From the NCBI RefSeq assembly GCF_035084215.1, contig NW_027138881.1, forward strand, positions 434,001 through 498,000: 64,000 nt of DNA, read 5' to 3'. The notes beneath the pieces were generated by a model, which was not told the DNA's origin, did no database searches, and saw nothing but the letters and a program-made list of their open reading frames with translations. Below, in pieces: positions 13,531 to 24,457 of this stretch (positions within the stretch are counted from its first letter, which is position 1; each line of letters starts with the position of its first letter). The position numbers were made by a program, and so were the translations under genes. The stretch is from Heptranchias perlo (taxonomy: Eukaryota).

Positions 13531-15497
13531 TATGTGTAACAAAAACAAAATGACAGATGCAAATGTCACTACAACCTCAGTGCAGCATGGTCCCAAAAGT
13601 TGTTTATAACATTTGGGGCCTCATCAATGTTTAAATTGGGTCAATTCAATTTTACAACTACCCATAGCATTTGGCTCCAGTTTTAGGGGGCTGTCACAAA
13701 TGTTCACACACTTACAATGATATCCCAGTTGCTCAAACTAACCACAAATATAAAGGGCACAGCAGCAGCCAGAAACTTCAGAGATTATCTCGAAGTGAGC
13801 ACAATAGATCTGTGAAGTAATTACAACCACTTTCAAATGCAGGTTCTTTTCCCAGTGCACTGCTCAGGCTCTCCTCCCTGCTGGGCTTCTCCAACTTTCC
13901 TGCCTGGCGGATCTTTCAGATTGTCCTGCTCAATAGGCTGCTCAGAATGTTAATGTGTTTGTTCCTGGTTTTGGGCTGAACAATAAATGGACCATGGCTG
14001 CAGCTGCTCAGCTATACAGTCACTGAGGGATCCTCAGGATCCAGGATAAAATGTATCCATACATATTAGTTTACCTGTTCTAGAATAAGGTTAATTTTGT
14101 GGTCTCAGAGGGACATATCTTTTGAGGTAGTTTCACTCAAGTGTCTCTACAGTGATGTTAGTGACCAAGGGCCCGCCTGTGTCCTGGAATAGCTGCATCC
14201 AGCCAGAAGAGTGTATTGCCGTGCTCACACGGCTCGGGATCAGCTTGCAGGCTAGTCTGAAATTCCAGACTATTCAAATGAATTGTTCCATTCCAGGGCA
14301 AGACAGCCCCTCTCCATCATTAACTTTATTGGAGCAGCTAAAGGAAAGAGACATAAAATATATCTCCATAAGACCACAGTGAACCTTATTGTATAATTAG
14401 TACGCTGCATTTTTGAGTGTACTTTTTCAACTACAGACAAGGCAAGTATTTTGAATAGAAAATGCTCCCCCTGGACTTTCCTTCCCCTTTAATATTTAAC
14501 TATGAAAGTAATTCCTGCACCATGCACAATTTTGTAAAAACATAAATCAATCATACAGGGCAACAAGGTTACTTGTCAAGACTATTGTGTCTGGATTGCT
14601 TTTAATTAACTTGTTAAAATTGTTGTTTACTAGTAGTCTGCACGGACCAACAGAAACATCAGTATGCCCTGCCCTACAGGGCACAGCTTGATTTAGGCAC
14701 TATGCCCAGGGTGGATGCAAACACATTTCAACTCCAACAGACATTTAAATAGTTATCTCTTTATAACTGTAGACAAACCCTAAACAAATGTTTGGTTTCA
14801 AAAAACATTCAGTCCCATAGCTGAGATGTTATTCAAGGCATAACATTCAAAACCAGAATTAGTAAAAGCCTGAAATAGTAATCTGCAGTAACGTAAACAA
14901 GCAGAAAGCTGGACTATTTTGGCAGGTAAGATGTAACATTCTGTTCACAAGCAGATGTGTGCTAAGTAACTGGCACATTCACAGTGCACCACTTTACCTC
15001 ATGTAAGTTATGAGAGTGTAAGGTCACACAAGGGTTCTACACAAGGCATCACACTGAAAATATATTTTTCTATCCCCATTTTACTTACACTGTAATAAAT
15101 TAAGTTGACAAGTTCTCCCCCATAATACTTCACAAGTGGATTCCAAATCCTAGCAATGCTGTCTGAGGGAGGTACTTCCCATGGGGAAGGATAAATTTAA
15201 TACAAAACACTAGACAGGAATCAAATTTTATTTATAAAAATAAGTGACCAGCAAATTCTTGGTACGACAGATTGGCTAAGGTAAAGCTTGCTGAGGGAAA
15301 ACAACAAAGATGCTGGCAACAACACTGATTAGCAAACAGCTGTAGTAACTGTTCTCTCACAGGTAACAGCTGTTCAAACAGTCACATTAAGCGATTCAGC
15401 GCAAAAGATTTACACAAAGAACTAAAAGGAAAAGAATGATTTAAACGATAAAAGTATAAGACTGGGAAACAGTTCCAAACATAGGCTCGATACTCAC

Positions 15498-15614
15498 GTG
15501 TAACGCTAGAGCAGCAACAGTTTCAATAAATAACGCAACAGCAATCAGACAGTGCATGGAGACAGCTGCATCCCAACCAAAAGTACCTTTGGAATTCCAT
15601 TTAACTAAATTCAT
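15498..15614 (-). CDS. ADAMTSL2: ADAMTSL2 first coding exon (signal peptide)
   Basis: Acceptor ttgcttccttccag|T-ATG, donor CAC|gtgagt. Encodes MNLVKWNSKGTFGWDAAVSMHCLIAVALFIETVAALALH with a hydrophobic stretch. Phase 0 joins in frame to exon 5453-5595. A second Met lies at 15557. Confidence 0.72.
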
Positions 15615-16896
15615 ACTGGAAGGAAGCAAACATAAGGGAGATTCACATTGATAATTATTTGAAGTTTAATGATTTGTTAACAAGGTGAAGGAATATGGCA
15701 GATATTACACAATCAGTAAATTTGCATATAGTGTAATTATTTAATCAGAATTAAATCTGTAAGTAGCAGCTCAATGGCTGTATGACAGCACTATAGTTTC
15801 ACCCACACTGTAGGAGAGAAAGCACCTAGCCTGCACCTAAACTTCACTGACAGAAATGGAAAGTCACTGTGTGGAGCATCTTAGGGACACAAGGTTGCAT
15901 TCCACTGCTCCAAGGTGCAGTGTATTCATACACCAACTCACTAGATCAACTGAAAAGGGCTATTTTATGTTGTGTTAAAGTGGTTTACTACTAGGATTGT
16001 ATCATTGTGTTAGTCTCAGAAATATTTGCAAGTACCGCAGATGGCACTAACTAATGGCTGGATCAAGAGCTTTCAAAATCACTTAACACTTTGTTGAATT
16101 GTTTTATCTCCTTTGATTGACACAACCTATTTCGGGCACTAGAAATAAATTGATTTGATTTTTTTTTCAAATCAGTGGATACTGCTCACAGCAAATGAGT
16201 TTTCCTTCATCAGTGCATATAATATGATCATGGCAAGAGCACCACTGGTCATTTACAAGTATCATTTAGATTTATATTAATCAGATGTTACACCCAAAAT
16301 AACACCAACAGTCAATTGTCTCTGATAGAGACAATAAACTCAGATAGTACTGCACCATTCCTGGTGCATACTGAAGTATTATTCCAATAAATGTTACTGT
16401 ACTAATGCATTAATTCCATGGTTTTTACTGCACTTCCCTTGTACTGATGCATAAATCCAGTAGATTTTAGTGCACTATCCAGTACTGAGATCAATCCTAT
16501 AGATTTTACTACACTGCCCTGTGTTGCCATATCAGTCCAACAAATTTCATTGCAATGCCCTTGTACCAATGAATCAACAGAGTAGATTTTACAGCATTGC
16601 GTTTGTATTGATACATTGACGAACCTGTGACTATTCACCTTGGGGGGAGAGGTAAACAAGATCTCACTGGGGTTGTGATGGCTCCAACATAATATGCCTA
16701 GTGATGGAAGAATGGGACCAAGTTGATTCTCTGTCGCAGACTCGGTAACCCGATAGCTAAGTTAGGCAGGTCTGCAGTATTGCTAACGATTGACCTGTCA
16801 ACCCACCTCATTAATGGGTCTAGATGGGTAGATCTGCCCTAAAGGCTGGATTTATTCCCACGGTGTCAATATCCCTGAAAATCAATGCCCTATGCC

Positions 16897-17648
16897 CTGC
16901 GGTACAGAGGGATCTGGGTGTCCTCGTACATGAAACACGAAAAGTCCACATACAGGTGCAGCAGGTAATCTGGAAGGCAAACGGAATATTAGTCTTTATT
17001 TCTAGGGGGATGGAGCATAAAAGCAGGGAAGTTATGCTACAACTGTACAGGGTGCTGGTGAGACCACACCTGCAGTACTGCGTACAGTTCTGGTGCCCCT
17101 ATTTAAGGAAGGACATACTTGCATTGGAGGCAGTTCAGAGAAGGTTCACTAGGTTGATTCCAGTTATGGAAGGGTTATCTTATGAGGAAAGATTGAAAGG
17201 TCTATACTCATTGAAGTTTAGAAGAATGAGAAGAGATCTTATTGAAACATACAAGATTCTGAGAGGACTCGATAGGGTAGATGCTGAGAGGATATTACCC
17301 CTCATGGGGGAATCTAAAACTGGGGGGGGGGGGGGGGGGGGGGGAAGGAGACACATAGTCTCAGAATAAGGGGTCACCCGTTTAAGACAGAAATAAGGAG
17401 GAATTTCTTCTCCCAGATGGTCGTGAATCTTTGGAATTCTTCACCCCAAAAAGCTGTGGAGGCTGAGTCATTGAATACATTCAAGGCTGAGTTAGACAAA
17501 CTTTTGATCAGCAAGGGAGTCAAAGGATATGGGGAAAGGGCACGAAAGTGGAGTTGAGGTAAAAATCAGATCAGCCACGATCTCATTAAATGGCGGAGCA
17601 GGCTCAAGGGGCCGAATGGCCTACTCCTGCTCCTCTTATGGTCTTATG
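16897..17648 (+). mobile_element. CR1 LINE 3' fragment with internal poly-G run
   Basis: VQRDLGVLVH, LYRVLVRPHLQYCVQFW, CR1 3' UTR, G run at ~17322-17344. Confidence 0.9.
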
Positions 17649-17893
17649 GGTAGGATGGTCGGAGTGGACAAGCAGCATGGAGCTTACCGGTCAGTGTTTT
17701 GTGCTAGTAAACTGCATGGTTTTAGCTGCTTCAACTCCAGCAGCACTCGTGTGCACATTTGTGGATCCCTGATTGTGGGTCCCTAACCCTTGAGTCTTGC
17801 CAGCTTGTCCCCAAGCTATTTGGACTTTATCAACTGGAGTAAATGCTACCCAGAAACAGCGTGCACTTTATACTAGGCATGTAGAAACTCTAC

Positions 17894-17967
17894 CTGTGTG
17901 AATTTCTCAGCAGTTTGGTTTCACACTTCAGCATGGTGACAGGCTTCCATATTTGTCAGACACCAAG
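17894..17967 (-). other. Candidate upstream ADAMTSL2 exon (5' UTR or N-terminal extension)
   Basis: cttctttatggtcag acceptor, CAG|gtagag donor. An accATG at 17934 gives MLKCETKLLRNSHS, in frame with exon 15498-15615. Confidence 0.35.
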
Positions 17968-18847
17968 CTGACCATAAAGAAGTACTAATCTACCAATCCA
18001 GTATATTTTACTACACCATCCACGTGTTGATGTATCAATGCAATAGAATAACTTGCATTGCTCCATATTCCAATTGATTTGATTGCACTGTCTTTGTATG
18101 TATCAATGCAATCGATTTTACTGCACTGTCTCTGCACTAGTGTATTAATACAATAAATCTTTAAAGAATATTACAGTTTCTTGTAGAGTTTCGATTTGTT
18201 GGCACTCACAGAGCCTTAATGGCAGGTGGCTAAACACTACAGGACCACCTGGTATTGATTAAATTCAGACATTCTAGGAATAAAAATCAAGAATGAAAAT
18301 GTTTCACAAGCTAAATCGAACACTGCCGTCCAAAAACATACAAGGAATATATCTAGTTAAGAAGTTATTGCAACAGATATGTCGCGTTCTGCAACTAATG
18401 GAGAAATGGCCTCTCCAGAGAAACATTAATACTTGGAGGTGTCCAGAAAAGTTACAACGGATTAAATGCAACTGAAGTCTCTGAACTGTTTTGCTGTTTC
18501 CTAAACATTAATCTGCCTTTTTTAAAATGCACAGAGAACACTAATAAATAAATAAGTGTGCGTTGCTTGCGCAAATATTTAAATATATTTATAGAAACAC
18601 ACTGAGCGCCTCCTTCATACACCTTTAAATCCACCTCGCTAACTATGTGAAGTTTAAACTTAACGCAGGCGATCAAACTCAGACTGGGAAAGCGATAAAG
18701 CGAAGGCTCATTAACAGACAGGTCACATTCCCCCCAAGCACAACGCGACCGGTCACTCAATTCAACACTTACCTTCACTCGGACCGTGGGCTGATGTCCG
18801 AACCAACCGTCAAAACTCAAACCAAGCGGGAAATGACCAGTGCAGAG

Positions 18848-19040
18848 CGCGCTGCCAGTGGACGACCCCCACCCCCTCGCGCTGCCAGTGGACGACCCCC
18901 ACCCCCTCGCGCTGCCAGTGGACGACCCCCACCCCCTCGCGCTGCCAGTGGACGACCCCCACCCCCTCGCGCTGCCAGTGGACGACCCCCACCCCCTCGC
19001 GCTGCCAGTGGACGACCCCCACCCCCTCGCGCTGCCAGTG
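18848..19040. repeat. 30-bp minisatellite, ~6.4 perfect copies
   Basis: Unit GCTGCCAGTGGACGACCCCCACCCCCTCGC. Confidence 0.97.
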
Positions 19041-19199
19041 GCTCTCTCGGCTCCGGCTGATCCCCGTGCCCAGAGGCTCCCCCGAGTACGAAGCGCCCGC
19101 TTCACGGTTCAGCAGCAACGTCAGGCGAGGCCCGGTGCGAGCAGCTCCCGGCCTCTCTCACTCGCTGCACTTTGAATGGTTTTCAGTGTTTATTTGACG

Positions 19200-19380
19200 A
19201 GCTTTTTATACCTGCCGCCGCCGCCGCCGCGTTCACACCGCCTGCTCCCGCCCAGTCCGCCCGCCCCGCCTCCCGCTGCAATGCGCCTGCGCCATTCCAA
19301 ACCGCGCCTGCGCCGCTAACACCCAACTGCCCTCTGCGCCTGCGCGCTTCGTTTCCGAAAAAAAAACAACCGCCCAAATT
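19200..19380 (-). promoter_or_regulatory. CpG-island promoter core, probably of ADAMTSL2
   Basis: CpG-dense. Three NRF1-like [TC]GCGCCTGCGC motifs (19282, 19303, 19335), GC boxes at ~19257-19270, a (GCC)n tract, and minus-strand donors CAG|gtataa (19212) and AAG|gtaagt (18773). Confidence 0.65.
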
Positions 19381-19394
19381 ACCCGTCACCCGCG

Positions 19395-19990
19395 GCCCGG
19401 CCCCTGGAACCCGCCCCGGACCCGGACCCCCGACACCGGCCCCCGGACCCTGGAACCGGACCCCCGGACACCGACCCCCGGTACCAGCCCCCTGGAACCC
19501 GGACCCGGACCCGGACCCCCGACACCGGCCCCTGGACCCGGACCCCCGACACCGGCTCCTGGTACCAGCCCCCGACACCGGCCCCCGGACCCCCGACACC
19601 GGCCCCTGGAACCCGCCCCGGACCCGGCCCCGGACCCGGACCCCCGGAATCAGCCCCCGGTACCAGCCCCCTGGAACCCGGACCCCCGACACCGGACCCC
19701 GACCCCCTGGAACCCGGACACCGGCCCCCGGACACCCGGTACCAGCCCCCGATACCCGGACACCGGACCCTGGAACCCGGACACCCGGTACCGGCCCCCG
19801 ACCCCCGGTACCGGCCCCCTGGAACCCGGACCCCGGACACCCGGTACCAGCCCCCGGACCCCGACCCCCGGTACCGGCCCCCTGGAACCCCGACCCCCGG
19901 TACCGGACCCCGACCCCCGGTACCAGCCCTGGAACCCGCCCCGGACCCGGATCCCCCAGAACCAGCCCCCCTGGTACCCGGACCCCGGCC
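19395..19990. repeat. Degenerate GC-rich tandem repeat
   Basis: Shuffled modules CCCCTGGAACCCGGACCCC, CCGACACCGG and CCGGTACC. Confidence 0.9.
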
Positions 19991-20129
19991 TGGGCCTCCA
20001 GTTTACCTCAGGCTGCCCCTCTGCTCCTCCCTCCCCGAGCTTCACCCAGTGCTCTAACCCTTAACTTTAACCCCCCACATGGACGCTTGCAGCAGGTGGA
20101 GTGAGTGGCGCAGTGCGGTGCCAGATGGA

Positions 20130-21343
20130 CGGGCCCTCGCTCCCTGTCGCGGGCCCCTCTCTCTCCCTGTCGCGGGCCCCTCTCTCTCCCTGTCGCGGGC
20201 CCCTCTCTCTCCCTGTCGCGGGCCCCTCTCTCTCCCTGTCGCGGGCCCCTCTCTCTCCCTGTCGCGGGCCCCTCTCTCTCCCTGTCGCGGGCCCCTCTCT
20301 CTCCCTGTCGCGGGCCCCTCTCTCGCCCTGTCGCGGGCCCCTCTCTCGCCCTGTCGCGGGCCCCTCTCTCGCCCTGTCGCGGGCCCCTCTCTCGCCCTGT
20401 CGCGGGCCCCTCTCTCTCTCCCTGTCGCGGGCCCCTCTCTCTCCCTGTCGCGGGCCCCTCTCCCTGTCTCCCTGTCGCGGGCCCCTCTCCCTGTCTCCCT
20501 GTCGCGGGCCCCTCTCTCTCCCTGTCGCGGGCCCCTCTCCCTGTCTCCCTGTCGCGGGCCCCTCTCCCTGTCTCCCTGTCGCGGGCCCCTCTCTCGCCCT
20601 GTCGCGGGCCCCTCTCTCTCTCCCTGTCGCGGGCCCCTCTCTCTCCCTGTCGCGGGCCCCTCTCCCTGTCTCCCTGTCGCGGGCCCCTCTCCCTGTCTCC
20701 CTGTCGCGGGCCCCTCTCCCTGTCTCCCTGTCGCGGGCCCCTCTCCCTGTCTCCCTGTCGCGGGCCCCTCTCTCTCCCTGTCGCGGGCCCCTCTCTCGCC
20801 CTGTCGCGGGCCCCTCTCTCGCCCTGTCGCGGGCCCCTCTCTCTCCCTGTCGCGGGCCCCTCTCTCTCCCTGTCGCGGGCCCCTCTCTCGCCCTGTCGCG
20901 GGCCCCTCTCTCGCCCTGTCGCGGGCCCCTCTCTCGCCCTGTCGCGGGCCCCTCTCTCGCCCTGTCTCCCTGTCGCGGGCCCCTCTCTCGCCCTGTCGCG
21001 GGCCCCTCTCTCGCCCTGTCGCGGGCCCCTCTCTCGCCCTGTCTCCCTGTCGCGGGCCCCTCTCTCGCCCTGTCGCGGGCCCCTCTCTCGCCCTGTCGCG
21101 GGCCCCTCTCTCGCCCTGTCGCGGGCCCCTCTCTCGCCCTGTCGCGGGCCCCTCTCTCGCCCTGTCGCGGGCCCCTCTCTCGCCCTGTCGCGGGCCCCTC
21201 TCTCTCCCTGTCGCGGGCCCCTCTCTCGCCCTGTCGCGGGCCCCTCTCTCGCCCTGTCGCGGGCCCCTCTCTCGCCCTGTCGCGGGCCCCTCTCTCGCCC
21301 TGTCTCCCTGTCGCGGGCCCCTCTCTCGCCCTGTCGCGGGCCC
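20130..21343. repeat. 23-bp CpG-rich minisatellite, ~50 copies with 25-31 bp variants
   Basis: Unit TCCCTGTCGCGGGCCCCTCTCTC, with CTCGCCC and CCCTGTCTCCCTGT variants. Confidence 0.97.
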
Positions 21344-21677
21344 TGCTTTCTGCTGCCCTTCAGGAGGCTCTGTGGAAACAGTGGGAGAAGCATTAATTGG
21401 AATGAGCAAGACGCATATGGAACCCATCTCCAGGAGCTCCTGATATGAGGTAGTTGTGGCCGGTAAGTTGGTTGTTGGCGCAGTGGGTGAGTGAAAGAAA
21501 CCTTCCTTGAGGGGAGAATGGAATCACTGCAGATTGAGCTTCACCGCCCGCATGTGGAGAGGGAGGTGCAGGTACAACCTGCTGTGTCCAGATCAAATCC
21601 TTCAGGGTGTGTCAACGTCTGGGACTTTGTGGGCCCAGTCCAGCTTTCAACCTCTTTGTTCTATTGTGGGCTTCCTT

Positions 21678-21918
21678 GACATAAGAAATAGCAGAAAGAA
21701 CATCAGGAGCAGGAGTCGGCCATTCGGCCCCTCGAGCCTGCTCCGCCATTCAATCAGATCATGGCTGATCTTCGCCTCAACTCCACTTTCCCGCCCGATC
21801 CCCGTATCCCTTGATTCCCCCAGAGTCCAAAAATCTATCGATCTCAGTCTTGAATATATTCAGTGACTCAGCATCCACAGCCCCCTGGGGTAGAGAATTC
21901 CAAAGATTCATAACCCTT
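21678..21918 (-). mobile_element. CR1 3' end fragment
   Basis: Reverse complement of the CR1 tail (GGAGCAGGAGTCGGCCATTCGGCCCC...). Confidence 0.85.
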
Positions 21919-22514
21919 GACCTGCAATCATAAGACATCAATGAAAAGCTGCCTGCTTCCTGAGGGGCCTGTCAGAGCTAAGCAATTACCGAACAGGAGG
22001 GCAAGAACAGGCTGCATAAAATGGATATTGGGGGAGTCTTTAATGGTCTACTCACCTTTGGTGAGAGTCCCTGGATAGGTGAAAGGTACGTCAAGCATGA
22101 ATATGGGTTTGCTTTGGTAGAGAGCTAAGATAAGGAAGCATCTCATGAGTATGCAGCTGATTAAGGGGAAAGTGTGTGTGTGTTGCAGATATGCCGTTAC
22201 AGATTACTGCACAGAGATAAATTGAAGATTCACTTTGCTTGGCAAACTTCTTGAGGTTGAATTTCTTAACTGCCTGGAAGGATGACTTTCCTGCTGATAC
22301 TCACCTGTTTGGCCATCTCACTGTAGCTTGCTGAGAAGAGTGCCACTTATATTGAAAAATGGTATGCCTCCTTGCCACTGTTAACATTATCTCCAGGCCT
22401 CTTTCACTAAAGGGAGCTGTCCCCTATCCCATTCCCCCCAGGATTTGTGGATTCTTGGCTTATTTCCTGAGGAGTTGCAGCAATACCAGACCAAAGGAAG
22501 CTTTTCTCCCAGAA

Positions 22515-22691
22515 CAAGAATTACAGGCTTTCGGAGGCTTCCTCCTTCCTCAGGTAAATGTTTACCTGAGGAAGCCTCCGAAAGCTTGTGAAGTTAAAAT
22601 AAAATTGCTGGACTATAACTTGGTGTTGTAAAATTGTTTACAATTGTCAACCCCAGTCCATCACCGGCATCTCCACATCAAGAATTACAGG
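22515..22691 (+). mobile_element. Penelope-like element mini-insertion (inverted 5' piece plus pLTR end) with 13-bp TSD
   Basis: CAAGAATTACAGG at 22515-22527 and 22679-22691. Inverted arms 22527-22558 and 22561-22585. The pLTR sequence matches 49287-49378, which is linked to a GIY-YIG fragment. Confidence 0.85.
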
Positions 22692-23349
22692 TACAGCTTT
22701 AAGGTGCTATACATTAATTTTTAAAGATCTTCCCCTGAAATCTCACCAATTGAAACAAATTGAGCTGGGAGCTCGCCATATGTCAACGAGGGGAACTCAG
22801 AAAACCCGAGGGAGACCCTTGTGTGCCAGAACACACACTATCCTGCACCAGTAAGGCGCTGGTATTGTGGTGGCTGGCACCTTGCTGGCTTGGGATTGGA
22901 GTCACTCTGGTTCCTATTCTTGCGAAAATGTCTGAATCTGAATTTGAATTCCAAACAACTGCGAGCAGCTGCTGGTCAGAAATTTATTGTTGTATTTGCT
23001 ACAGTTGGATATTAAAAAAATCACAGCTCACGCAAGAGATTATCTTTATATTGAGTTACTTTGCTAATATATCTTTACATAAATAAAACCACCAACGTGT
23101 AGTGCTGGTTTATTTCAAAACCTTTCTACCCTGGTTGGAAATCTTTAGTAAAGGGCGAATGATTTATACGATTTTCAGACTGCTCAGGTTGTACTACCCT
23201 GGTTGGAAAGTCGGAGACTTGTGTATTTAATTCTACTTTTTGCACACAAAATACTGTTCCCTTTCATCATTCTTAAAATCTGTGACGTGTTGGAACCCAA
23301 GTTATCACGGGCACCCCACAAAACTACTTATTAGGGACTGAATCTAAAC

Positions 23350-23545
23350 GGAACAGTTGCTCTGAAGAATTAGAAACAGAATAACAAATGTTTCGACGTT
23401 TGTGATAAATTACACCCCCTTCTCTTGCCCATTTGGGCCCAGCTTTAGCCGCAGCTGTTGGGCTCCACTGACGTGTTGGATTTTTTTAACTTAAAAGCTC
23501 TCTCATCAGCTGTTTTACAGTATTCAGCAACCAACAGGATACGGT
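23350..23545 (+). promoter_or_regulatory. Putative Myomaker proximal promoter with myogenic E-boxes
   Basis: CAGCTG at 23452-23457 and 23507-23512, CAGTTG at 23354, AT-rich TTAACTTAAAA at ~23487. MyoD/myogenin E-boxes are the known drivers of Mymk. Confidence 0.6.
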
Positions 23546-23631
23546 ACGTCTCAGCCCGTTTCACTCAGGAGACTGGGCCCATTTCATGATGTTTACTTGT
23601 TTTTAACTCCTGTTCCTCTCTGGGTGTTTAG

Positions 23632-23766
23632 ATGGGAGCTGTGATTACCAAACTACTTCTTCCAACCCTCAGTAGCCTGGTCTTCCTCCCCACCATCACT
23701 GTCGCAGCCAAGCGGAGATTCCACATGGAAGCCATGGTTTACTTCTTCACAATGTTTTTCATAGCG
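23632..23766 (+). CDS. MYMK: Myomaker coding exon 1
   Basis: MGAVITKLLLPTLSSLVFLPTITVAAKRRFHMEAMVYFFTMFFIA, 135 nt, GCG|gtgaga donor. Confidence 0.97.
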
Positions 23767-24066
23767 GTGAGAAGATATTTTGACAATCTGTAAACATTTA
23801 CCATTTGGGCCACAGTCCAGTAAAACCCTGAAGCTCAGCCCGCCACCGTGAGCTGCGTGGCCCCAATGGGCTTTCCCGCACCTGATCAAGCAGAGAAGGT
23901 GAGAGCAAGCCGCCACTCCCCGTCCCTCCGGAGCCCGGACTGCTTCTCCCCACACTCTGTTGGTTGTCATTTCGTGAAGATGATCGATTCCTCTACTTAG
24001 AGTTTAGCTCTTTCGTTCCATTTAATATTCGCGATATATTGAAGTTTTGTTTCTTTCTCCTTCCAG

Positions 24067-24181
24067 TTTTTCCACGCATGTGAAGGGCCAGGCCTGACGG
24101 TTCTGTGTATCATGCGCCATGATACTCTGCAATATTTCAGTGTCTATGGCACTGCCCTGTCCATGTGGGTTACTTTAATAG
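24067..24181 (+). CDS. MYMK: Myomaker coding exon 2
   Basis: FFHACEGPGLTVLCIMRHDTLQYFSVYGTALSMWVTLI, 115 nt, ccag| acceptor and G|gtaaga donor. Confidence 0.97.
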
Positions 24182-24457
24182 GTAAGAAACCGTTTGAATC
24201 TGCACATCCCTCCCTACAGGAGCACAAATACACCTGGTGTCTTGTTAATTATAGCAGTGTCCGAGCACACACAATAGACTGCTTTTGTTTTGCCATTACC
24301 AAGAGAGGTTTGAGTCTACCTTTCCCCGCAGGTCAATATTGAACAGACCCCGAGGCAAGAAAATCCTAACTGGGCATGGTCAGAAATATATCATTTATAG
24401 AAAATATTTTAACCATTTTTAAAAAGTAAGATCCAAGTAAAGGAGTTTCAATGGCCA

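Noticed and set aside
18452-20104. Pro/Gly-rich ORFs (18452-19105, 18647-19060, 19172-20104 and others)
   Set aside because: Translations of GC-rich repeats and CpG island; no recognisable domain.
20008-21448. Five overlapping 430-460 aa ORFs on both strands
   Set aside because: Artefact of a stop-free 23-bp repeat whose units shift frame; no codon-position bias.
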